DNA of 64,000 bases, taken from positions 2,112,001 through 2,176,000 of the forward strand of contig CAXXLZ010000002.1 in assembly GCA_963675595.2 (NCBI GenBank). The letters are read 5' to 3'. This stretch comes from Thermodesulfobacteriota bacterium. Its GTDB lineage: Bacteria > Desulfobacterota > Desulfarculia > JACQYL01. Shown piece after piece: positions 1 to 7,638 of this stretch. The notes beneath the pieces were generated by a model. That model saw only the letters and a list, made by a program, of their open reading frames with translations, had not been told where the DNA came from and did not search any database. The position numbers and the translations under genes are program-made. The first letter of the stretch is position 1. Each line of letters starts with the position of its first letter.

Positions 1-755
1 GTAAGGGCGGCGGTGACCCCCAACGCCGAATTGGTGAGGGCGAGCCCGGCCACGTACAAAACGCCGTGCACCACGATCCTTCCTCTCCCGGTCCCCGACC
101 GGCCGCCGAAGTAGGCGGCCGTAATGGGAATCAACGGGTACACGCAGGGAGTCAGGTTCAGGGCCACGCCACCCAGAAAGATGCCCAGTAGTGTCCACAG
201 GGCGGCCAACCCGGTGAAGGAACCGGGGGACAATGGCTGCCCGGCGCCTACCGAAGCCTGCGGCTTCGAACTCGCCGTGGGACGCCCCAGTCCTTGCCAC
301 TCGGGGAATCCCTGAGGATAGCGATATACGTTGCGGTAGCCCAATTGGACGGCCACCCGGGCCGCCGAGTCGCTGCGGACTCAGGTGAGCCCCGCTCAGT
401 AGAACACAAGGGTCCGATCCCGATCTCCTCCCAAGTAGGCTTTCAGTTCCTCTTTCTTCGTGAAACGGGCCCACCAGGTGGGTTCCATGGGGAAGTTGCC
501 CGCACCTTGGATATGTCCGGTTCGGTATTCCCATTCCTGACGCGTATCCACCAGAAGGAGTCCCTGACGGTCCTTGCGGTAGCGTTCCCAGAGTTCATCA
601 GCGTTCATCAGCCGGTAGCCGCCGGCTCGGGCTTCGGCTTCAACGTCCTCCCAAGTTGCCTGTTGTGGAGCCACGGGCCTGCTCGTGTACCACGCGATAC
701 CGGCGGCGGCCGACATGCAAAGAAGTACTATTATGATCTTATTTATCTTTTTCAT
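1..755 (-). CDS. Rhodanese (UxxxxU)-DsbD/CcdA membrane-domain fusion selenoprotein, runs off window start
   Basis: ORF 396-776 stops at TGA after LVFY. The frame continues U-AGLT-U-VRSDSAARVAVQLGYRNVYRYPQGFPEW (rhodanese C-terminal half), then LNLTPCVYPLIP (DsbD motif), with no other stop. TGAs at 396-398 and 381-383; hairpin at 348-366; GGAGA RBS before ATG 755. Confidence 0.85.
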
Positions 756-873
756 GAAGGCATCTCCACTTCGCACCGGTTCCCCGCACCTCCCTTTACT
801 CCGATGCGGAGGATCCCGGGCCGCCTCTAATTCGCCGTCTCGATAGTCGTTCGTGTCGCCCGACCGGACGTTG

Positions 874-2010
874 TCAGCGGCTTCATGTACCGCCCGCGGG
901 ACTGCACGCGGGCGCTTCCGTCGGTTTGTTCCCGAGTTCGGATACCGGTTTGTTTCCGGGTTCCGCCGCCGGTCGCTCGGACGGGGACATGGAATCGTAA
1001 AGCAGCTTGATCCGTGTGGCTCCCACGGTCATGGCCACCATCATGGCTTCCTTCAGTTCCTCTTCACCGGCTCCCAATTCCCTCGCGACCGCAAGGCAAT
1101 AGTTGGCTCATGGATCGCAGCCGGCGGCCAGGGATGCTCCGAGGGCGATCAAGTGCTTGGTCTTCCGGTCCAGAACACCGTCCGCGTAAACGCCTTCAAA
1201 AAAATCCCCATATTTGTCCAATGGATTCATGTTCGACCCCTTGTCCCTCAAAGAATAAACCGGCGGCGACTCCGCCCGGATCAACACGCCCTTGGTCACG
1301 GGGGAGGAATCGAAACCCGTTTCGGACACCAACTCCACATGCGTGAATCCCGACGCCTGAATCATTTCCAGGAAAACCTTTCCCGGTATCGCGCCGCCCA
1401 GTCAATGGTGCCATTGAGATATCCGGCCGGCCTTGTCGGAAGGCGCCTCGCCCACCAGTACCTGATCCGCGATCATCAGGCGCCCTCCGGGCCTCAGGAC
1501 CCGACGTACCTCGCGAAGCGCCGCCTTCTTATCCCCGATCAGGTTGAACACGCCGTTGGAAAGCACTACGTGGAAACTGCGGTCCGGAAAGGGCAGGTCC
1601 GTGGCGGACCCTTCCAGGAAAGTCACGTTTCCAAACCCGGTCAGGTGCCGGTTCCGCTCCGCTCGGTGCAGCATCTCGGGCGTCATGTCCACTCCGGCGA
1701 CACGCCCCTCGGAACCCGTCATGAAGGCGGCCGCCAGCGAATCCACGCCTCCGCCGCAGCCGATGTCCAGCACGGTTTCGCCTTTTTCCACCGGACCCAG
1801 AAAGAAGGGATTCCCCACACCGCAATAAGACGCTGAGACCTCGTCCGGGAGATTGCGAAGGAAATCGGGGTCATATCCCAACAATTCGAGTCCCTTCCTC
1901 CCCGTGGGATATCGAAACATGCCCTCGGGACTTCCGGCCGCCTTCGAATACCTGGCCCGGATTCCCTCATGAATTTTTTCCAGATCGTCGCCGGATAGTG
2001 TTAGTTCCAC
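874..2010 (-). CDS. ArsM-like SAM methyltransferase fused to an AhpD/CMD domain, 3 predicted Sec (378 aa)
   Basis: ORFs 1402-2010, 1108-1365 and 883-1077 share one frame and are separated only by TGA: QWHH-U-LGGA (ArsM W-x-x-C-x-x-GA position), GCDP-U-ANYC (AhpD CxxC) and GGT-U-SR-stop. SAM motif LDIGCGGG and YCGVGNP are present. A hairpin follows each TGA. Confidence 0.8.
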
Positions 2011-2158
2011 CGCTCATCCCCCATCTGTCTTACCAGCTTTGATGCCTCGGGCCGGTGTGTGCCGGTACGCCGCGCACCCCTGCGGCCGCCGTACCGGGTG
2101 CCCACAATGTGGTCCTATTCACGGGGTGTGCCGCAGGAGGACGTCGTCCCCCTGCCCC

Positions 2159-3543
2159 CATAAGCGCTAACTTAAGCCTTTTGTTTTGGTGAGGTTTATG
2201 GTACCGTTGCCGCCAAAGGAGGTGGCAATGGAGCGTCTCGTTTTTTCCGAGGAAATGGAAGACTGGGAAGTTCTCCAGGGTTTTCTTCCCGATGGCTGGC
2301 AATCCAAAGCAAGGGAACTTGGTGCCGTTGTCAGATACCGTAAGTTCGTGGACGCCGAAGGTCTGTTGCGAACGCTTCTGATCCATCTGGCGGAAGGTTG
2401 CTCACTTCGGCTGACGGCGGCCAAAGCCAGGTTCGGCAACATTACGTCGATTTCCGACGTAGCTCTCCTAAAACGACTGAATAAATGCGGAGAGTGGTTT
2501 CGGTGGATGGCCTTAGGGGTCATGGAGAAATGGTTTCGAAAGCTGCCCGCCGTTGTTTTTGGAGAGAATTCACGCATCAGGTTGATCGATGCCTCCACCA
2601 TTCAAGAACCTGGAAGTACCGGAACGACTTGGAGGGTCCATTATTCCATACAATTGCCTTCGCTGCGCTGCGACGAAGTCTATGTAACAGACCCCAAGAT
2701 CGGAGAATCCTTCACCAATTTCAAAGTCCATGGCGGTGAACTTCTTGTAGCGGATAGAGCCTATTGCACACCAAGAGGAATTCACCATGTCATAGACAAC
2801 GGCGGCGACGTCCTGGTTCGAATGAAACACCGTGTCGCCATGGTGGACAAGCAAGGGGAACGATTCCAATTACTCCCTCATCTAAGGACGTTACGTGTAA
2901 ATAAGCTTGGCGACTGGGATGCATTCGTTCCATTTGAACAACGCTTGGTTGCAGGTAGAATCTGTGCCATCAAGAAGAGCAAAGACGCCACTGAAAAAGC
3001 TCGTAAAGCGATAGAAAAAGAGGCGAGGAAAAAAGGTCGCCAAGTTACTCCGGACACCCTCGAAGCGGCGGCCTACATATTTGTTTTCACAACATTGGGC
3101 CGTGAAATCTCGCCCTCTCAGGTCCTCGAGATGTACCGAGGTCGATGGCAAATTGAACTCGCTTTCAAGCGTCTAAAGTCCATTCTCGGTTTAGGCCATC
3201 TTAGAAAGACCGACATCGAAGGAGCCAAGGCCTGGATCCATGGGAAACTACTGGTGGCTTTCTTAGTGGAGGCCATGATCGCCGCAGGCGAATCTTTTTT
3301 TCCCTGGGGATACCCACTCCAAAAAGAACCACCGTAGAAATCGATGCTTCTGGAGAGAGACCATGTTTATGTTACACCTGCTGAAACAAGCCGTGAACCC
3401 TAAACTCGGCTTGGCCGAATGCATTGCCGGCTGGGATAACATATCTTTTTATTTGCGAGAACCGCCAAGGAAACGAGCACTTCAGCGGCTGATTCCTCAG
3501 ACGGAAAGAAGCATAGCAAACAATGCTTAAGTTAGCGCTTATG
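2159..3543 (+). mobile_element. IS4-family insertion sequence, copy 1 (1385 bp)
   Basis: 19-bp terminal IR CATAAGCGCTAACTTAAGC; 11-bp target duplication CCCCCTGCCCC (2148-2158 and 3544-3554). Confidence 0.95.
2228..3337 (+). CDS. IS4-family DDE transposase
   Basis: IDAS, ADRAY and YRGRWQIELAFKRLK (YREK signature); AAGGAGG RBS before ATG 2228. Confidence 0.93.
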   Translation: MERLVFSEEMEDWEVLQGFLPDGWQSKARELGAVVRYRKFVDAEGLLRTLLIHLAEGCSLRLTAAKARFGNITSISDVALLKRLNKCGEWFRWMALGVMEKWFRKLPAVVFGENSRIRLIDASTIQEPGSTGTTWRVHYSIQLPSLRCDEVYVTDPKIGESFTNFKVHGGELLVADRAYCTPRGIHHVIDNGGDVLVRMKHRVAMVDKQGERFQLLPHLRTLRVNKLGDWDAFVPFEQRLVAGRICAIKKSKDATEKARKAIEKEARKKGRQVTPDTLEAAAYIFVFTTLGREISPSQVLEMYRGRWQIELAFKRLKSILGLGHLRKTDIEGAKAWIHGKLLVAFLVEAMIAAGESFFPWGYPLQKEPP

Positions 3544-3555
3544 CCCCCTGCCCCC

Positions 3556-4940
3556 CATAAGCGCTAACTTAAGCCTTTTGTTTTGGTGAGGTTTATGGTA
3601 CCGTTGCCGCCAAAGGAGGTGGCAATGGAGCGTCTCGTTTTTTCCGAGGAAATGGAAGACTGGGAAGTTCTCCAGGGTTTTCTTCCCGATGGCTGGCAAT
3701 CCAAAGCAAGGGAACTTGGTGCCGTTGTCAGATACCGTAAGTTCGTGGACGCCGAAGGTCTGTTGCGAACGCTTCTGATCCATCTGGCGGAAGGTTGCTC
3801 ACTTCGGCTGACGGCGGCCAAAGCCAGGTTCGGCAACATTACGTCGATTTCCGACGTAGCTCTCCTAAAACGACTGAATAAATGCGGAGAGTGGTTTCGG
3901 TGGATGGCCTTAGGGGTCATGGAGAAATGGTTTCGAAAGCTGCCCGCCGTTGTTTTTGGAGAGAATTCACGCATCAGGTTGATCGATGCCTCCACCATTC
4001 AAGAACCTGGAAGTACCGGAACGACTTGGAGGGTCCATTATTCCATACAATTGCCTTCGCTGCGCTGCGACGAAGTCTATGTAACAGACCCCAAGATCGG
4101 AGAATCCTTCACCAATTTCAAAGTCCATGGCGGTGAACTTCTTGTAGCGGATAGAGCCTATTGCACACCAAGAGGAATTCACCATGTCATAGACAACGGC
4201 GGCGACGTCCTGGTTCGAATGAAACACCGTGTCGCCATGGTGGACAAGCAAGGGGAACGATTCCAATTACTCCCTCATCTAAGGACGTTACGTGTAAATA
4301 AGCTTGGCGACTGGGATGCATTCGTTCCATTTGAACAACGCTTGGTTGCAGGTAGAATCTGTGCCATCAAGAAGAGCAAAGACGCCACTGAAAAAGCTCG
4401 TAAAGCGATAGAAAAAGAGGCGAGGAAAAAAGGTCGCCAAGTTACTCCGGACACCCTCGAAGCGGCGGCCTACATATTTGTTTTCACAACATTGGGCCGT
4501 GAAATCTCGCCCTCTCAGGTCCTCGAGATGTACCGAGGTCGATGGCAAATTGAACTCGCTTTCAAGCGTCTAAAGTCCATTCTCGGTTTAGGCCATCTTA
4601 GAAAGACCGACATCGAAGGAGCCAAGGCCTGGATCCATGGGAAACTACTGGTGGCTTTCTTAGTGGAGGCCATGATCGCCGCAGGCGAATCTTTTTTTCC
4701 CTGGGGATACCCACTCCAAAAAGAACCACCGTAGAAATCGATGCTTCTGGAGAGAGACCATGTTTATGTTACACCTGCTGAAACAAGCCGTGAACCCTAA
4801 ACTCGGCTTGGCCGAATGCATTGCCGGCTGGGATAACATATCTTTTTATTTGCGAGAACCGCCAAGGAAACGAGCACTTCAGCGGCTGATTCCTCAGACG
4901 GAAAGAAGCATAGCAAACAATGCTTAAGTTAGCGCTTATG
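3556..4940 (+). mobile_element. IS4-family insertion sequence, copy 2 (appears identical to copy 1)
   Basis: Same 19-bp IRs; 11-bp target duplication CCCCTGCCCCC (3545-3555 and 4941-4951). Confidence 0.95.
3625..4734 (+). CDS. IS4-family DDE transposase
   Basis: Protein identical to copy 1. Confidence 0.93.
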   Translation: MERLVFSEEMEDWEVLQGFLPDGWQSKARELGAVVRYRKFVDAEGLLRTLLIHLAEGCSLRLTAAKARFGNITSISDVALLKRLNKCGEWFRWMALGVMEKWFRKLPAVVFGENSRIRLIDASTIQEPGSTGTTWRVHYSIQLPSLRCDEVYVTDPKIGESFTNFKVHGGELLVADRAYCTPRGIHHVIDNGGDVLVRMKHRVAMVDKQGERFQLLPHLRTLRVNKLGDWDAFVPFEQRLVAGRICAIKKSKDATEKARKAIEKEARKKGRQVTPDTLEAAAYIFVFTTLGREISPSQVLEMYRGRWQIELAFKRLKSILGLGHLRKTDIEGAKAWIHGKLLVAFLVEAMIAAGESFFPWGYPLQKEPP

Positions 4941-4958
4941 CCCCTGCCCCCCTTCTTG

Positions 4959-4990
4959 CTCCTGCGAATCGCGCAGGCGATTCGCAGGAG
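4959..4990. repeat. Perfect palindrome (REP-like)
   Basis: CTCCTGCGAATCGC-gcag-GCGATTCGCAGGAG next to the IS target site. Confidence 0.6.
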
Positions 4991-5081
4991 CGGCATGTGC
5001 CGTCCAACCCGTTAAGACTCTAAAAGTTCTCAAAAAGGGTTCCCTCGGTCCCCCCTTCGAATGCTCACCGCATTGTCCCGA

Positions 5082-5390
5082 TTATCCTTCCATGGCTTCC
5101 GTCACCGCTGCGGAGAGAGCCCCCATTTCGGGAATGTGGTCGAAGGCAAGGCGTCCGTTGATCACCAGCGATGGAACCGGAGGTTTGTCTCCGCATAGCC
5201 GCTTGAGTTCCTCCTGCCTGGCGAGGCCCTCCCGTTCCCCCACGTCCACCACCGTCCACTCCAATCGCCCCTCGGGCAACTCTTCGGCCAATTCCTCCAA
5301 AACGGCCAATGCCAAATCACACAGCATGCATCCTTTCTTCTTGGCCACGATCTCCACGAATACCCGGCGGTTTTCCAGTGCCATAATCAT
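5082..5390 (-). CDS. Thioredoxin/glutaredoxin-like small protein (CxxC)
   Basis: GCMLC motif and VPSLVING cis-Pro motif; start at ATG 5390 or 5384. Confidence 0.75.
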   Translation of the reverse strand: MIMALENRRVFVEIVAKKKGCMLCDLALAVLEELAEELPEGRLEWTVVDVGEREGLARQEELKRLCGDKPPVPSLVINGRLAFDHIPEMGALSAAVTEAMEG

Positions 5391-5512
5391 CCCTACGGAC
5401 AATAACGCCTCTCCGAGGTTGCGTTCTCCCCCATGAGGCCTGGTTTCAAACGGTTCCCGCACATTGCGCCTCGCCGGAAGGCACGCTTTCCCCTCCCGGC
5501 GAGCTGCGGATG

Positions 5513-5767
5513 TCAGTCTTCCTCTTCCACCTTGATCCTTACGTCCGCGTAGCGGGTTCTTTTCTTGATCTGAGTGATCAGTTTTTCGGGATCCGTCTGC
5601 GAAGGATCATATTTCACTTTCGCACGTTTAAACACGGTACTGGTCTCGTACTCCAATACACCGGGTGACTCATCCAGAGCCACTTTGACCATGCCTTCTC
5701 AAGTCAGTCACTCCATCCTGGGGATGTAGAACGCCACTTCATTCACGATCGTATTTTCTCCCGACAC
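5513..5767 (-). CDS. Heavy-metal-associated (CopZ/MerP-like) selenoprotein, MxUxxU (84 aa); missing from the ORF track
   Basis: AGGAGG RBS plus GTG. Translation: ...FYIPRME-U-LT-U-EGMVKVALDESPGVLEYETSTVFKRAKVKYDPSQTDPEKLITQIKK. TGAs at 5708 and 5699 replace both Cys of MxCxxC; hairpin at 5665-5683. Confidence 0.88.
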
Positions 5768-5859
5768 GTCCGCCTCCTTTCCACGGCTTCGCATCCTGAT
5801 TCGGGGCGGTCCCCAAAAGGTCAAGCCTTCGCACATCAAGCCGTTTCGAACCCTGATGC

Positions 5860-6210
5860 TCAGAAGTTGAAGACCTGGGCTTCGGCCGCCAGCTCGATGA
5901 GATGCGGTCCTCCGTCCAGCACCATATTGGAGTAGAATTTGGCCTCGTCCACCTGACGAGCGCGGGCGCAGGGAATTCAGACTCCCACGGGGATCTCGTG
6001 CTCCACCAGGTGGGGGAAATAATCGTTGGGACAATCTCCCGTTTTGGTTTTTTCGTTGAAATCCCGGGTGGAATCCGCCCAAAGCGTTCCGTCGTCGATG
6101 AAGAACAGATTGACCGCATGCCCGGCCGCATGGGCCACTTTGGCCAGCTGGAAACAACGCGTAGCCGAGTCCACCTCGTCCCTGCTCAATACAAACAGAA
6201 ATTTCGCCAA
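5860..6210 (-). CDS. DsrE/F-like sulfur-relay selenoprotein, UxxC (116 aa)
   Basis: VNLFFIDDG DsrE motif; readthrough of TGA 5977 gives GV-U-IP-C-ARARQV...QVFNF; hairpin CTCGTC-AGGTG-GACGAG starts 16 nt downstream. Confidence 0.88.
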
Positions 6211-6264
6211 ACAGCGCCTCCTTTCTTCTCGGCCGAGACTCCGAAGAGGCCGAGGTTCATGGTT

Positions 6265-6738
6265 TCAATCGCTTGGAATGGAAGGAATCTTCCCCTCCGT
6301 TGCGAGCTTCTTGATCAAGAAACGGACTCCCGACCCGGAAACGCCCAGGTCTTCGGCAAGGCGAGCCGGATCGGCGCTTCCCTTGCTGCGCACCAAGGCG
6401 AGAACCTCCTCCTCCAGCTCTTCCAGCCAGTCCTCGAAGAGCACCAAAACTTCGGGCTCCGTAACCGCCTTCAATTGTTCGGATCGGCTCACCTTCTCCA
6501 CCAAACTTCGGCACATCTGCGTTGGATCGACACCTTCGTCCATGCATTCGGCCAGTCAACGGTGCACCATGCCGGCGGTCTTTTCATCGGCTCGCTCCCC
6601 GAAGAGTTCGACGACGAACCTGAGACGCTCCTCTTCTTCCATGAGCGCCAGACGTTTTCCGAGCAGGGAGGAAAGCAGGGGAAGCGCGTCCCGGTCTTCC
6701 ATGGAGTCCACCATCCGTTCCAAAGTCTCCAAATTCAT
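6265..6738 (-). CDS. Uncharacterised selenoprotein (UxxxC) with C-terminal winged-helix-like domain (157 aa)
   Basis: ORFs 6556-6738 and 6265-6543 are in frame across TGA 6556: GMVHR-U-LAE-C-MDEGVDPTQMC; hairpin at 6523-6542 with AGGTG loop. Confidence 0.75.
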
Positions 6739-6758
6739 GGCGTTTTCCCCGTTGCAGG

Positions 6759-7175
6759 TTAGAAGATTTTGGCCGCTTTCCCGAGATCTTCGGCGAGGGA
6801 GGAAAGGCTCGTCAGGATTTCCCCCACACGTTCATCGGCCGACCGGTAATAAATGAAGGGGCCCCGCCGCTCCACTTGCACCAGAAAGGAACGTTTCAGT
6901 TCTTTGAGATGATGCGAAACCAGGGGTTGGGAGAGGCCGAGTTCCTCCACGATTTTCGACACGCTCTTTTCCTTGCGGCTCACACATAGAAGAATTCTCA
7001 GGCGATTCTCATCGGAAAAGCACTTGGACAGGAAGGCGACACCCTGAAGGTTCAGTGAATCCACGAGCCGCGTTGCGGAATCGACGGGCATGGGCGTCTG
7101 ATTTCGAGACGGAGGTTCAAGCATGCGGGTCCGTTCGCAATGAGGGTTCAACGTAATCAACATATCAATATACAT
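6759..7175 (-). CDS. ArsR/SmtB-family transcriptional regulator (true start probably downstream, near 7124 or 7091)
   Basis: FSDENRLRIL...LSQPLVSHHLKELK...ERRGPFIYY HTH signature. Confidence 0.9.
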   Translation of the reverse strand: MYIDMLITLNPHCERTRMLEPPSRNQTPMPVDSATRLVDSLNLQGVAFLSKCFSDENRLRILLCVSRKEKSVSKIVEELGLSQPLVSHHLKELKRSFLVQVERRGPFIYYRSADERVGEILTSLSSLAEDLGKAAKIF

Positions 7176-7205
7176 TTATATATTGATCCCGCATGTCCTT
7201 GTCAA
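7164..7205 (-). promoter_or_regulatory. Sigma70 promoter overlapped by a 9-6-9 palindrome (candidate ArsR operator)
   Basis: TTGACA (7205-7200)-N17-TATATA; ATCAATATA-N6-TATATTGAT at 7164-7187. Confidence 0.65.
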
Positions 7206-7357
7206 GCCTTCTTATGCGCCCCCTTTGAACCACGGCCCTTCAACGACCCTCTCACATCTATCCGCCGATCGTACGAAGTCATTGGTAAGCATTTGAAATC
7301 TCATCGCTATTCCAAATCACACTTTCTCGGGTTCTCGACCCTTCCCAAAAGGAAACT

Positions 7358-7386
7358 TTGACATTCTCGATCTTTTGAGCTATTTT
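7358..7386 (+). promoter_or_regulatory. Sigma70 promoter of the micro-gene
   Basis: TTGACA-N17-TATTTT. Confidence 0.65.
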
Positions 7387-7419
7387 ATATCGGAATCATC
7401 AATAACAGGAGACAAAAAG

Positions 7420-7500
7420 ATGCTTACCCTGAAGTCCGTAGAGAAGAAGGTGGTGCGTCAAGGGAACAAGCCGGCTACGTGACACGGCCCTGAAGCGTAA
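7420..7500 (+). CDS. 26-aa predicted selenopeptide MLTLKSVEKKVVRQGNKPAT-U-HGPEA
   Basis: AGGAGA RBS; in-frame TGA 7480-7482; TAA 7498-7500; hairpin AACCGCC-GGTC-GGCGGTT at 7500-7517; own promoter and terminator. Confidence 0.72.
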
Positions 7501-7578
7501 ACCGCCGGTCGGCGGTTCCAAAACGGGTAAACCCCAACGGACGAGCTTCAAACCATGGACCCCGTTCCGTCGGGACCC

Positions 7579-7613
7579 AAAAAAACCCGGGATCGCTCCC
7601 GGGTTTCTTGTTT
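7579..7613. terminator. Probable bidirectional intrinsic terminator
   Basis: A-run, AAACCCGGGA-TCGC-TCCCGGGTTT, then T-rich tract, between convergent genes. Confidence 0.75.
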
Positions 7614-7638
7614 CTCAATCCCGATGCTTCACGCGCGG

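Noticed and set aside
874-876. Fourth TGA in the ArsM-AhpD frame read as Sec
   Set aside because: Only 3 nt from the hairpin, which is too close, and the downstream translation looks non-coding; treated as the stop.
6208-6267. TGA 6265 is in frame with the DsrE gene, which suggests a further readthrough fusion
   Set aside because: No Cys-motif context, the downstream hairpin has a TTCG-type loop rather than GGT, and DsrE has its own AGGAGG RBS.
1-7500. Alternative genetic code (TGA=Trp/Gly) or pseudogenisation as the explanation for the TGAs
   Set aside because: TGA ends many ordinary genes in the window and Trp uses TGG. The internal TGAs mostly sit at Cys-motif positions and have hairpins, unlike random decay.
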